Assembly (NCBI RefSeq): GCF_009914755.1
Contig: NC_060928.1
DNA length: 64,000 nt
From: the human T2T-CHM13v2.0 reference genome, Homo sapiens
Strand: one strand, 5' to 3'
The translations under genes were made by a program, and so were the position numbers. The notes beneath the pieces were generated by a model. That model had not been told where the DNA came from and ran no database searches. It saw nothing but the letters and a program-made list of their open reading frames with translations. Below are positions 40,033 through 62,526 of the stretch, piece after piece (position 1 is the stretch's first letter; the number at the start of each line of letters is the position of its first letter).

Positions 40033-40137
<105 letters not shown>

Positions 40138-40881
40138 TCAAAAAAAAAATAAAGAAAATGCCTTTTATGCCACATGAAAACGTTAGATTTTTTTTCCTTC
40201 AGCTATTAGAAAACTCTGGGCAGGGAAGCTGTTAACAATCAGAGTTAAGTATAAACAAGATCATGTTGGCAGGAATAAGAAATATGAATCAGTGGACAGA
40301 GGGAAAGAGACCTGTTATGTGTCTCCTGGATGTAGCCATGCAAGAGATGATGAGTACCTAACCAAGGCAGTGGCAGGGACCAAAGAAAAGAGACAGAGCT
40401 GAAAGACAGGTAGACTGAATAAGACTGATGACTGACTGATCACCAATCCTATCCAGTTCTTGGGGAGTGAGGTAGAAGGAAGAAGGTAGATGACTCCTAC
40501 GTTTCTAGGATTCTGATTTATCAAGTGGATGCAGGCTGGTATTGTTAACTGAGCTAGAAGAGGACGGTTAGGATGGAGGGAAATTTTGAAGAAAATTATG
40601 TTCTGTTCACTTCTGATCTTGTTGGTGCCTGTGGGACATGTGGATGAAAACTTCATTAAGCAGATGAATATATAAAATTTGGGGCTGGGTGCGGTGGGTC
40701 ATGCCTGTAATCCCAGCACTTTGGGAGGCCAAGGCGGGCGGATCACCTGAGGTCAGGAGTTAGAGACCATCCTGGCCAACATGACGAAACCCCATCTCTA
40801 TTAAAGTGCTAGCCTCCTAAAGTGCTAGGATTACAGACATGAGCCACTGTGCCTGGCCTATTTCTTAATTTTTAATTTTAA

Positions 40882-41058
<177 letters not shown>

Positions 41059-41492
41059 TGAGGGGCTGGGACCACATTTGTGCACCACCATACCTGGCTA
41101 ATTTTTTGTATTTTTTGTAGAGATGGAGTTTCATCATGTTGTCCAGGCTGGTCTTGAATTCCAGAGCTCAAGTGATCCTCCTGCCTCATCCTCCCAAAGA
41201 GCTGGGATTACAGGCTTGAGCCACCATTCCCAGCCCAAAAAGTTTGTGTCTTGTTTTAATGGAAAAGTTTCACTTGCATTAACAAAAATTTATTAATGAC
41301 ACAATCTTAAAAGAATGGGGTCTCACTGGTGGTGGCTGTACCTTCCTGTTGGTTTGAAATTAAAGAAGTCTGCATGTGGTCACCACTCAGATACACAGAG
41401 AACTTCCTTGTCGCTAATGGGCTATACTTTAAACTGGGAGGAAAGGAAGCAGTTCGAAGTTCCTATAAGAACAGGCTCGTTGTAATTCTCAC

Positions 41493-41627
41493 CTGTGTAA
41501 ATGAGGAGACATATCAGGGAACAGATGAGTTCCAGTGCCAAGATGGCCAGAATGAGGTCAAGATACAATCTGCCAGGCTCTGGGAAGGAGTGCTGCATGC
41601 ACAGTATGAGGAGAAGCACTGTGTTGC
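41493..41627 (-). CDS. TMEM192: TMEM192 exon 4: (G)[44 protein letters not shown] (TM3-4)
   Basis: ttctcctcctcag acceptor, AG|GTGAGA donor; 135 nt, phase 1 to 1; overlaps ORF 41422-41619. Confidence 0.95.
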
Positions 41628-41757
41628 CTGAGGAGGAGAAACATAAAACACAGCATGTGATGAGAAATACATATATGGTCTTTGTCCAATAGATAGTTGG
41701 TCTTTGTCTGGTTCCTTACACAGAGCTCCTAAAACACTTGTAATTTCCTGAGTGATC

Positions 41758-42889
<1,132 letters not shown>

Positions 42890-43075
42890 GGTATATTTGG
42901 TTTTTGTATAGAGTTCCTAAAACCCTTGGAATTTCCTGATAGAAGTGTCTTTTAGGCCAGGCGCGGTGGCTCACGCCTGTAATCCCAACACTTTGGGAGG
43001 CCAAGGTGGGTAGATCACCTGAGGTTGCGAGTTCGAGACCAGCCTGACCAACATGAAGAAACCCCATCTCTACTA

Positions 43076-43423
<348 letters not shown>

Positions 43424-43785
43424 CTATTGAACAATGAGTTCTGATGAACTTCTGGGTTGCCAGGAGGGTGGTGCACCCCAACTCCACGTGGACAGAAGCT
43501 CCTGTACTTGGGACCCTGCTGGACCTCACGCAATGTACCTCTTCATCTGGCTGTTCATCTATCTCCTTTACAACAAACCATAAAACATAAAAGTGTTTCC
43601 CTGAGTTTTGTGAACCATTCTAGCAAATTACAGAACTCAAGAAGAGAGGGGCCAGGTGTGGTGGCTCACACTTGTAATCCCAACACTTTGGGAGGCTGAG
43701 GCAGGTGGATCACTTGAGGTCAGGAGTTCGAGAGCAGCATGGCCAAGATGGCGAAACCCTGTCTCCACTAAAAATACAAAAACTA

Positions 43786-43935
<150 letters not shown>

Positions 43936-43937
43936 TC

Positions 43938-43968
<31 letters not shown>

Positions 43969-44020
43969 TCATAGAAACCCTAGTATATAGCTGGTAGGTC
44001 AGAAGTACGGGAAGCATAGT

Positions 44021-44317
44021 GGCCAGGCACGGTGGCTCAAGCCTGTAATCCCAGCACTTTGGGAGGATGAGGCGGGCGGATCACAAGGCCAGGAGATTGA
44101 GACCATCCTGGCTAACACAGTGAAACCCCGTCCCTACTAAAAATACGAAAAAAATTAGCCAGGCGTGGTGGCGGGCGCCTGTAGTCTCAGCTACTCAGGA
44201 GGCTGAGGCAGGAGAATGGCCTGAAACCCGGGAGGCGGAGCTTGCAGTGAGCTGAGATAGCGCCACTGCACTCCAGCCTGGGTGACAGAGCGAGACTCCA
44301 TTTCAAAAAAAAAATAC
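44021..44317 (+). mobile_element. AluY with ~20-bp TSD
   Basis: AluY diagnostics; TSD AGAAGTACGGGAAGCATAGT (44001-44020) / AGAAGTATGGGAAGCATGGT (44318-44337). Confidence 0.88.
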
Positions 44318-45095
44318 AGAAGTATGGGAAGCATGGTCTTTCAATTGACATCTGAAATAGGGAGAGTCTTGTGGGATTGAGCCCTTTAATTTGTGGGATC
44401 TAAGACTAGAGCCCTTTCATTTGTGGGATCTAAGACTATCTGAGGATAGATGGTGCTATAATTGGATTATGTTGAAGGACACCCAGATGGTTTCTGCTGA
44501 AGAACTGAATTAAACTGTTGTAGGGAAAACTCCACACATCTAGTTTAGTAAGAAGTGTTCTATGTAGGAACGTAGAAAAGCAGTTTTTTCAGACAACATG
44601 TTAGAGCTCAGCACTGACACCCACAAGGGCATACCCACACACAAAACTATTTATTCTTAGCAGCAAAGGAAGTTAAAGGATAAAAACAAAATACTCCTAA
44701 ATTTTGGGGAAAATGGAAAAAAAATCTACACATCTAAGAGTTAATAATGGCCCATAATACAACTATATAAAAACCTGGACTTTCTTAAAAACTTAGGAAT
44801 GATTTTTTGCTTTACAGAATTATTGACAATTACTTCCTTTAGGTACCCAGTGCAAGTAAAAAGTGATGCCATTTTTAGAAGTTTGCATTTAAGACACAAA
44901 AAAGAAACAAAAAGTTTCCATTAGACCAGTTCTTCAGGACCCACATGGTGGGAATCCTAGGAGCCCATTCTGGTCACCTGGTACAGCAACAGCAGAACTA
45001 AAGAATGATTAAGAGTATGCCCATGATCCAGACTACCTGGATGAAAATCCAGGACAAGTTACCTAGTATCTCTGCTCTTCCATGTCCCCATCTAA

Positions 45096-45284
<189 letters not shown>

Positions 45285-46156
45285 TGAGCAGCTGGGATTA
45301 CTGGCGTGTGCCATCATGTCCAGCTAATTTTTGTATTTTCAGTAGAAACGGGGTTTCACCATGTTAGCCAGACTGATCTTGAACTTCTGACCGCAAGTGA
45401 TCCGCGAGCCTCGGCCTCCCAAAGTGCTGGGATTACAGGCGTAAGCCACCGCACCCGGCCCACAGTGCTGTCCTAGGGAGTGAGTTAGTATGTAAAAAAT
45501 ACTTAGAACAGTGCCTGGCCTGTAAATATTCAATAAATATTACCTGTTTGCACCCCCTACCACACACTCAGCATATCTATTATTTACTTATGAGGACCAT
45601 TTTAAACTCTTTTTGCACTTTTATTCTGACAAATATCAAAGAGAAGTTTAGGGGCAGACTCTGTAGCATCTTATCTTAGATTTTTCTAAAGCTTATTTAA
45701 CATATTTATGTGAGTCTGATCCTGAGAGGGAAAACGCTGTTTTCATTTATCTTCTATTGCTTGATACAAAAGAAATGATTGTGAGCCAAAGATCCTTGCT
45801 GAAAGAACCCCCATCCAAACTAACTACACAAGCCTAGGAGTTTGAGGCTACACTGAGCTATGACAGCACAAATGACATAGCTACACTGAGCTATGACAGC
45901 ACTCCAGCCTAGGCAACAGAGCGAGACCTTGTCTCTTAAAAAAAAAATAATAAAAATAAATAAAAAAAGTTTTGACAAAATATCACTGGATTAAAAAAAA
46001 AAGTAACAACACAAAGCTACCTTCTAGCAAGCCCACTCACCCAATGACCTGCCACAGTATATTAGCATATTGACAGATTCTTTGTAAATCAGTTTTGTGA
46101 ACAAGATAAATACAGTTTTATGGTTTTTTTTTCTTCTTTTTTTTTTTTTTTTTTGA

Positions 46157-46264
<108 letters not shown>

Positions 46265-47224
46265 TAGCTGGGATTACAGATGCCCGCCACCATGCCTGGC
46301 TAATTTTTGTGTTTTTAGTAGAGACGGGGTTTCACCATGTTGGCCAGACTGGTCTCGAACTCCTGACCTCGTGATTCACCCGCCTCGGCCTCCCAAAGTG
46401 CTGGGATTACAGGTGTGAGCCACCGCGCCTGGCCAATACAGTTTTACAACATTTAGGAAAGAAATACATGCTAGGAAAAAAAACTTCTGCAGAGAAATGA
46501 AAGAGTTTTCAAAGGATTTTCAAGGTACTGGGCAAATCCTATGTACTAGCAAGTTTGCAGTCTGGTGGGAAAGCCATACTGAAATAAAACATTCCTTATA
46601 ATGGTATGTGCTGTGGACATTACACAAGTACCCTCCTTGAAGAAGACCACCCCATACAATATCTTAGTTCAGATGAAAGTCACTTCACCTCTGGGTTACC
46701 ACACCAGCCTCCTTATCAGTTTTGTGCTAACCAAATACACTCTCCAGTTATACAGTTATACAGTAATAGTCTAATAATGGTGACTTTTTTTTGAAACAGT
46801 CTTACTCTGTTGCCCAGGCTGGTGAGATCTCAGCTCACTGCAACCTCTGCCTCCCCAGTTCAAGCAATTCTTGGCCTCCCTAGTAGCTGGAATTACAGGC
46901 ACCCGCCACGCCACCATGCCCAGCTAATTTTTGTATTTGTTTTGTTTTGTTTTTTTGAGTCGGAGTTTTGCTCTTGTTGCCCAGTTGGGAGTGCAATGAC
47001 ATGATCTTGGCTGACTGTAACCTCCGCCTCCCAGGTTCAAGCGATTCTTCTGTCTCAGCCTCCTGAGTAGCTGGGATTACAGGCACCTGCCACCATGCCT
47101 GGCTAATTTTTTGTATTTTTAGTAGAGAGGGGGTTTCACCATGTTGGCCAGGCTGGTCTCGAACTCCTGACCTCAGGTGATCTGCCCGCCTTGGCCTCCC
47201 AAAGTGCTGGGATTACAGGCGTGA

Positions 47225-47395
<171 letters not shown>

Positions 47396-47447
47396 TGATT
47401 TTATAACCATACACATAGTCTAAGTGCTTTTTGTTTTACATCACTCA

Positions 47448-47926
<479 letters not shown>

Positions 47927-48804
47927 TCACTTGAACCCAGGAGGTGGAGGTTGCAGTGAGCCAAGATCGCACCACTGCTTTCCAGCCTGGGCAACAAGAG
48001 TGAAACTCAGTCTCAAAAAAAAAAAAAGATTCTAAGGTTAATGCTTGCTATTCATTAAGAATATTTGGAAGAAATAAGTTCCTGTGGGCTGGGCGGTCCT
48101 GTAATGACCACAGGCTGAGAGCTACCATGCCTGGGCTCCAGTGTAGGATCTGATGCCTCCTAGAAACGAAACCCATGATCTCACCCAGACCTGGACTCCT
48201 ACACTATAAGATGGGGGAAATAATGCTTATCACACAGGGTTCTGGTAGGAAGAAATGAACTAACAATGCCTAAGTAGACATGTAGTAAATGCCATATATC
48301 ATTATTATTATTAAAACAAGAATTCTGATTTTCAATTCCAGGCACATGCTATGCAGCCCCTCCTCTAAACAAAACTCACAGGGGACTTGAAGTCAGATGC
48401 TATGCTACAGGAGAGACCCAGCTGCTCTGGCTTACCCCAGGGCACCAGGCCCAGACATCAGTGAGGACTCCAGCAGGCATTTCTACAAGTCAACTAAGAC
48501 AGTCTCTGGCCCTCCCAAAGAATGTGGGCCATGAGAACTAGAGGTGAGCAGGAAGGACACAATCACTATGCCCTCGGGTCCTACAATTCCTGCCAGGAAT
48601 TCCTTCCAGAATTTACCTTCAAGAGCAGTTTCCTTGAACTGCACTTTTGCATGTCCTCAGCCTCTGGCTTTACACTTTTAGGCCCCAGAGAGACTGACTG
48701 GACCCACATGATGGGTTGAAAATTACTATTTTCAGTGAAGGACCAAGTTTTCATTTCAATGTGAAAAAAGCCCCAAATATGCAACTTGGCTATGTAACTA
48801 ATAA

Positions 48805-49011
<207 letters not shown>

Positions 49012-49151
49012 TAGTACAGACAGGGTTTCACCATGTTGGCCAGGCCTGTCTTGGACTCCTGACATCAGGTGATCTGCCTGCCTCGACCTCCCAAAGTGCT
49101 GGTGTTACAGGCGTGAGCCACTGCACCTGGCCCAAATACATTTTGAACTCA

Positions 49152-49325
<174 letters not shown>

Positions 49326-50250
49326 CTAGCCTGGAGAGGCTGAGGCAGAAGAATCAGTTGAACCTGGGAGGCAGAGGTTGCAGTTAGCTGAGTTCATACC
49401 ACTGCACTCCAGCCTGGACAACAGAGCAAGACTCTCAAAAAAAAAATTATATATATATATATGTATTTGGATCTAAGGAAGGAGAACAGATTAATCAGGT
49501 AAATATTTTCACTTGGTAGGAAAGCAAAGCCCTTTCTCCCATCTCCACCCAAAGGTAAATAATTTTTTTTCTTCTCTGGAAAATAACAAAATATATCAGG
49601 CTGAAGTTAATATTATCAGTACTGTTATCTGTAAGTCCTACATCCTACATCTCCATAGATTTATCTTTTTTTTTTTTTTGCAAATAAGAAAAAATATTTT
49701 AAAAAATAGAAATAAGGTAAGTACCTGCTCCATTCCGTTTGATTTTCTGGGTTTTCACATGAGCCACATAAACGTGATATCACCTGTGATTCTAAAGGTC
49801 CAAGTGTTCAGAAATAGATTATGATTACGGCTCACATGTTTAACAAAAATTTGAAAGGCAGATTTTGGAAAGGTAAAGGTCAAATAATCTCCTTGTGAGC
49901 TTCCAAAATACTATTTCCAGACCATCACTTGAGAAACTGAGTATTATTTTGGTCACAGATCATATAAGATCTTTTGTAGTTTAAAATTAAGTTTTTTCTT
50001 TTTTTTTTAATCTTTGTGTTACCCTGACATCTTCTGGCCAAAAGAGAGAGCTGCACATCAACAGTTGAACATTCTCAAGCTCATTCTCACAAGAGGCAGG
50101 GAGCAATAAATGCTTCCCCTTCAAGAGCAGTCAGGATCACCCAACTCTATAAACTGCTTCACGCTGATATAGCATAGCCCTTCAGCTTCCACTGAGAATT
50201 TCACTGAGTAGATGAACTTGCAGCATGCCCTTTAAGAAAATGCACTAACA

Positions 50251-50590
<340 letters not shown>

Positions 50591-51136
50591 TTAAATTCTG
50601 TGGAGCCTTTTTTTTTTTTTTTTGGAGAAAAAAATCTCTAATTTGATCCAATTTTTTTTTCTTTTTTTATAGAGGGGGGTGTCACTCTTTCACCTAGGCT
50701 GGAGTGTGGTGCATAATCATAGCTCACTGCAGCCTCAAACTCCTGGGCTCAAGTGGATCCTCCCACCTCAGCCTCCCAAGTAGCTAGGACTACAGGCACA
50801 GGCTACCACACATGACTAATTTATTTATTTTATTTTATTTTACTTATTTATTTATTTATTTTGAAATAGAGATTTATTTATTTATTTAGAGATCGAGTCT
50901 CACTCTGTCACCCAGGTTGGAGTGGCACGATCTCAGCTTACTGCAATCTTGATCTCCCGGGTTCAAGCGATTCTCAGCCTCCTGAGTAGCTGGAATTACA
51001 GCCACCTGCCATCACACCCAGCTAATTTTTGTATTTTTAGTAGAGATGGGGTTTCATCATGTTGACCAGGCTGGTCTCAAACTCCTGACCTCAAGTGATC
51101 CTCCCGCCTCAGCCTACCAAAGTGCTGAGATGCTAG

Positions 51137-51713
<577 letters not shown>

Positions 51714-51754
51714 TAGGAAGACTACATATGGATTCAAGTTTTTTTTTCTTTTGA

Positions 51755-52055
<301 letters not shown>

Positions 52056-53218
52056 TAAGATTTATTCTGGACTCAAATTGAAAAACAGGATCTTTTTAAA
52101 AGGTAGAAACTAAGTTATTTACTACAACTTTTTTTCTTTCTTTCTTTTTTTTTTTTTTTTGAGATGGGGTCTCACTCTGTCACCCAGGCTGGAGTCTGGA
52201 GTGCAGTGGCATGATCTCGGCTCAAGCAATTCTCCCACCTCAGCTTCCAGAGTAGCTGGGACCACAGGGGCACACCACCACACTTGGCTAATTTTTGTGT
52301 TTTTAGTAGAGAGGGGTTTCTCCATGTTGCCCAGGCTGGTCTCAAACTCCTGACCTCAAGGGATCTGCCCACCTCAGCCTCCCAAAGTGCTGGGATTACA
52401 GGCATGAGCTACTGTGCCCGGCCATTTACTATAACTTAATGCCAAATTTACCTAAAGAAGTTCAATTTAATTCCATTAAATCTTTAAAATGTCTGCAACG
52501 ATAAAGAAAAGCAAGTACTCATGCATTCTAAGTCTCATGTGGACCTTCTGATCTTGCCTTCATAAATTAGGACCTGTGTGTTTTCCAAGTTTTCTGTTTG
52601 ATATAATGCATCTCACTGCCTAACAGTCCTCTATCCTAGGAACTAACCATTACTGTCTCCTACTGCAAGAAAAGCACTGAGCTTCATTTTTAAAAAGTTC
52701 CCACCAGGACTGGCTCACACCTGTAATCCTAGAGCTTTGGGAGCCTGAGGCAGGAGGGTTGTTTGAGGCCAGGAGTTCCAGTGACCAACCTGGGCAACAT
52801 GGTGAGAACCTGCTTCTACATAAAATGTTTAAAAAAATTAGCCGGGTGTGGTGGCATGCACCTGTAGTCTCAGCTACTCAGGAGGCTGAGGTGGGAGGAT
52901 TGCTTAAGCCCAGGAATTCCAGGCTACAGTGAGCCATGAAGGCCCCACTGCCTTTCAGTCTTGGGTGACAGAGCAAGGCCCTGCCTCAGAGAAAATAAAA
53001 TAAAATTTAAAAATTCCCTCTCCCTATCCTCAGAAATGTCAAATAGCAACAGCATTTCTATCTTTATGAGATGAGTAAACCACCTGGTAACAAAAGAGGG
53101 TATAATTCCACACTTCACACATGCTATGAGGACACCATGTTCATAACAAATAACAGATTTCAAATGAAAATTAAGGCTATATATTTCATAATAAAAGTTC
53201 TTTTTTTTTTTTTTTTGA

Positions 53219-53476
<258 letters not shown>

Positions 53477-53665
53477 TGAGCCACCGCACCCGGCCAAGAA
53501 AAGCTTTAAGACATTAAGGTGATCCAAATTTTAGTGGTCAGAACACACATCAACCTTACAAAAATGAGAGAATATATTTGATTCTAAAATCAAACTTCAT
53601 ATATTCTTTCTGCTGTCATTTTTGTCCCTCAAGCACCCAAGTAGCTGAGAGAAAATTGGACATAC

Positions 53666-53930
53666 CAGAGGACTGTATCATCAACGCAAGTCTCTTGAGA
53701 TGCCTTGTTGATCGGTAGATCAAGTTATAGCCTCGGTTTCTGATTTTGCTGTGGTGATACTGGATGTAGCATTCAAGGAGTAAATGGAGAATCCACAAAA
53801 TAACTTTCCCAAGGATTATAACCGTCTGAACTTTCAATGGGTTTGTGTAATTTCCTGGGCACTTGTCCTCATTTGGATTAGGATAAGAACAAAGCACACC
53901 TGTTAAAAATGCTAAAACAACAAACACGAG
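53666..53930 (-). CDS. TMEM192: TMEM192 exon 3: [88 protein letters not shown](G)
   Basis: tttcccccag acceptor, G|GTATGT donor; 265 nt, phase 0 to 1; matches ORF 53616-53927. Confidence 0.96.
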
Positions 53931-53988
53931 CTGGGGGAAAGGAGAGCAGAAAGATTAATATTCAATATTTGTAATTAGGAAGCAATAA

Positions 53989-54313
<325 letters not shown>

Positions 54314-54375
54314 TCCCAGCATACATTCTTATACCTACAGCTTCCCCTGTCCTATTTTTATAAATGAGTTTTTAA

Positions 54376-54900
<525 letters not shown>

Positions 54901-55988
54901 TGAGGGATACGGTCCCTGCAGACAGGCAAACCTATCAGTAGGAGGCTGAGCAGAGGCTGAGCAAGTCAATCAACTCCATTCACAGTCCTCGTAAATACTC
55001 AAGGAGTGGTGAGAATGAGCCCTCTTGATTTTTCACATTGCAGCAGAGAACAACTATAACCCCTAGTGCTTCCAACTGCAATCGTCGAAAGGGAGGAACT
55101 GATTAAACAGACTGGCAGTGGAGTCACCACCAGTGAGGCCTGCGATAAGACCTTTTGCACATGTGTTTTTATAAACTCCAGATAGTTGTAATTTTGTCAT
55201 CATACAAAAATTGTACATATTATTCCACTGCAACTTGATTTGTCTGCTAAACATTATTCCCTAGGTATAAGTAAATTGATAAATTCCTGTGTCAACATAT
55301 GTAGACTTTTCTGCATCTTTTTTGTAACTGAAAAAGTAATACAAGCACATGGTTAAAAAATCAAGTAGTATTCAAAAGTAAACAGTAAATTATATTAGTG
55401 TCTCTTCCACCAAGACCCTCAGTCCTCATTTCAGAGGCAACTAGGTCTGTGAATGCTTCTAGAAATATTCTATTATATACAGGAAAACAGGTCCACAACA
55501 GCCCTCTCAACTCCCTTTTAAAAACTGCAGATAGGAACATTCTGTACACAAGGTTGAAAACTTGATTTTTTTTCACTCGACAATGTAATCATGAAGGCTA
55601 TTCTATGTTAATATACTGTATACCTATCCACCCCATTCTTAACAGTTGCATAGCATTTCCTTATATGAATGGGACACACAGTGTCTTCTGGATGCCAAGT
55701 AGCCAGGTAGTTTGTAGTCTCTTGATATGACAGACAACATGGCTATTATCAACAATATCTTTACATGTGTGCAAATATATCCACAATGAATTATTTGAAG
55801 ATATAAGTAAAAGTGTACGTACTTTTTTTTTTTTTTTTTTTGCCCATGACACAGCCCTCAGGATGTCCTAAGAACATGTGCCCTACATTTTAAATGTTGA
55901 TAGATACAGCACAACTGCCCTCTGAAACACTTATATAATTTTTACAAACATCACCTCTGGATAGGTCCCCTTCTTGCAGCCAACTTAC

Positions 55989-56135
55989 ATGAATAAACCA
56001 CAGAAGATTCACTATGATGACTGTAGGAAGAGGATGGAATCGGGGTCTAAAGTGAGCTTGTAATGAGTGGTGTGGGAGAAGCTGGGCATCCAGAAGTGGG
56101 TCGTCTTCAATACTCTGGGTGATATCCAAGGAACC
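55989..56135 (-). CDS. TMEM192: TMEM192 exon 2: [49 protein letters not shown] (tandem DxxLL lysosomal sorting motifs)
   Basis: ttttctgcaccccag acceptor, CAT|GTAAGT donor; 147 nt, phase 0 to 0. Exons 2-6 total 789 nt, which with a 27-nt exon-1 CDS outside the window gives the known 271-aa protein. Confidence 0.96.
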
Positions 56136-56405
56136 CTGGGGTGCAGAAAAACAAGCAACCTATAATCACCACTTTCTAGATTATGTTTCTAAGACAAATC
56201 TACTAAACTACAGAGCTTTTTAACCACATACAAATTAAAGGCAAGAGAACACATTGCCTACCTGAATCCAATTTTTTAAAAATTAATTATTAATTTAATT
56301 TAATTAATTAAAAAATTAATTAATTTTTTAAAAACTGTAGCAACACGGTCTCACTATGTTGCCCAGGCTGGTCTTGTTTGTTTGTGTTTTGTTTTTTGTT
56401 TTTGA

Positions 56406-56507
<102 letters not shown>

Positions 56508-56576
56508 TGAGTAGCTGGGACTACAGGTGTGCACCACCACACCCAGCTAATTTTTTTTTTTTTTTTTTTTTTTTGA

Positions 56577-56735
<159 letters not shown>

Positions 56736-56953
56736 TAATTTTTAGTAGAGATGGGGTTTCTCTATGTTGGTCAGGCTGGTCGCGAACTCCTGACCTCAGG
56801 TGATCCGCCTGCCTCGGCCTCCCAAAGTGCTGGGATTACAGGCATGAGCCACCGTGCCCGGCACACATCCAGCTAATTTTTGTATTTTCAGTAGAGGGAG
56901 GGTTTCACTGTGTTGGCCATGCTGGTCTCAAACTCCTGACCTCAGGTGATCTA

Positions 56954-57160
<207 letters not shown>

Positions 57161-57812
57161 TCAAAAATATGGATATATACTGCATTGTATATACTTTTAA
57201 TTTGCTAAGAGTGTAGATCTTAAGTGTTCTCATCACATGTTAAAAAAAAGAAAAAAAGAATATGGTTCATGGGAAGCACATAACAAATCAGCAAATGAAA
57301 AGCATAGAAGACAATGCCAAAAAATTTAGGTCAGCTAACTGCACTACAATGAGACAGAAATGAAGGATTCATGAATAGGTTTTGGCTACACAGAATGAGA
57401 GCTCTTTATTTTGGAAGTAGGTAGTAGGACAAATGATGTAAGAGATGGCTGTTGATTGCTAAGATTACAAAGATAAGGACAGTAATCTAGGGTGTAACCT
57501 AGCTCTGGAGTGGGCTCCTCAATTTCCAGTAGCAGGTATTCAACACTGCTCTGCAACTGTTTTTGTTGTTTTGTTTGTTTGTTTGTTTTTGAGATGGAAT
57601 CTCGCTCTGTCGCCGAGGCTGGAGTGCAGTGGCTCAATCTCGGCTCATTGCAACTTCTGCCCCCTGGGTTCAATCGATTCTCCTGTCTCAGCCTCCTGAG
57701 TAGCTAGGATTAAAGGCACGCGCCACTATGCCCGGCTAATTTTTTTATTTTTAGTAGAGATGGGGTTTCGCCATGTTAGCCAAACTGGTCTCAAACTCCC
57801 AACCCCAGGTGA

Positions 57813-57917
<105 letters not shown>

Positions 57918-58867
57918 TAACTTATGGTACAATTCAGATTACTCCTGTTCTCTTCAAGACCCCTCTGCCTCTAGCTCATTCTCAGTCAGCAGATGTTGGA
58001 GCCTTGAGATCTGCTCTTCCCTTAGCTAATGTCTGTGCATTCTTTCATGCTCAGAAGGGGCAATTCCCACCACAGGGCCTTTCTGGATACCCCTAATCTG
58101 GATTGTGCCACCCTCCATGTTTTTCAAAGCATTCTGTGCTTGCCTCTTCTATCAAACTATCCTGTGATGGTCTCTTACTTATCTCTTCTCCACTAGACGT
58201 CATTGGACCCATTACCTTTACACCTCTTGTCTTTGTAATCCCAGCACTCAACACTATCTCATGGTTGTCACTCAGCAAACATTTGCTAGATGAATGAATG
58301 AGTGCCCCAAACCTGTTTCTGCAGTATTTTCTAATTCAATTATGGGCATCATCAAAGACCTGGGCTAATTAGAAGAGATTATCAGGACATACGGGGGATC
58401 AACTGTGACCAAAGGCAGTAAGAGCTGTGGTTAAGGTCAGGCTCCTAAGGGCAAACTGCCTGGATTCAAGCACAAGTTTTACCGCTTTCTAGCTGAGAGC
58501 AAGTTACTTCATCTCTCATGCCTCAGTTTCCACATCTAAAAAGGAGACTAATAATAGCACCTGCTTCGTAGCTCTGTCAGGAATACTAAATGAGTCACTA
58601 CACATGCAAGTCCTCATGACACTGCCTGACGCACAGAGAGCACTCAATAAGTATTAGCCACTATTATTTCTTTATTAACTCTTTTCTCTTTTTAATATTT
58701 TTTAAATTTTAAAATAAAAATCAACAGGGTCTCGCTATGTTGGCCAGGTTGGTCTTGAACTCTTAGCCTCAAGCAATCCTCCCAAGTGCACTCCCAGTGT
58801 GCTAGGATTACAGGTGTGAGCCACCACACTTGGCCTTTTTATTAACTCTTACTTTTGACTTGCACCC

Positions 58868-59210
58868 CGCTATGGTCTAAATGTTGGTGTCCCCCAATAG
58901 TTCCCTGCTTTCCTTTGGGAAGTAATTAAGCCATGAGGGTTCCCCCCCTCATAAATGAGATCAGTGCCCTTATAAAAGAGGCTTGAATGAGCTCCCTTCC
59001 ACCTTCCACTGCGTGAGGATGCAGCAAGAAGGCGCCATCTTTGAAGCAGAGAGCAACCCCTCCCCAGGGCTCTTGGCACCTTGATCTTGGGCTTCCTGAA
59101 TCCGTGGCTGCCTTAATCTTGGACTTCCTGTCCTCTAGAACTGTGGTCAATACATTTCTATTTGTAAATTACCCTATTTGTATTTTACTATAGCAACCCA
59201 AACAAAGACA
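58868..59210 (+). mobile_element. MaLR solo LTR (MST/MLT1A-like)
   Basis: GCTATGGTCTAAATGTT..GTGTCCCCC...CAGTGCCCTTATAAAAGAGG..GCAAGAAGGCGCCATCT..CTTGGACTTCC..CTCTAGAACTGTG..AAATTACCC..TATAGCA..AAGACA. Confidence 0.8.
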
Positions 59211-59454
59211 CTACCCCTATAATCATTACCATTCTATCCACTCAGTGCTGGGGCATGATAAAAAGAGAAAAAATCATTACCATTCTAACTCCTAAACCTG
59301 TTATTTCCTCTCTATTCTCACTATCTTAGTCCAGGCCCTCCCATTTCTCATGGCCTTTTATTAGAAGCTTCCAGTCTTCTGGTCTTGGCAATCTCTTTCA
59401 CTGCTCCAAGACAAACATTCGTGTTTCTCTCCTCAAAAACTTTGGGTAGCTCCC

Positions 59455-60749
<1,295 letters not shown>

Positions 60750-60884
60750 TGAAACACTTTCCATCTCTACACCAGCTCTACTTATTCTTCCCCACCTGTC
60801 AAATGCTTGTCCCAGCAAAACCGCCTTCTCTGCGGTGCCTTTTTAGCATTCCCAGCCCCAGCATCATTCCTACTGCACTCTTAA

Positions 60885-62170
<1,286 letters not shown>

Positions 62171-62421
62171 GAACTCTCTTACATCTGTATCTGTATCATA
62201 ACCTACCATACTAAGCACATGGCATTGAAATTGTCAGAATAAAATGTGCTTTACAAGGGCAGAGACTCTTTTATATTATGTCCTTTGTGCTTTTAACACT
62301 TGATACACAGCAGATGCTAAGGTGTTCAATATGCGTGTTGAGAGAAAGAAAGACTGCTCAACTTCTTGTATGCTTCAGACCTGGGAAATTTTTATTTATT
62401 TATTTATTTATTTACTTTTGA

Positions 62422-62526
<105 letters not shown>

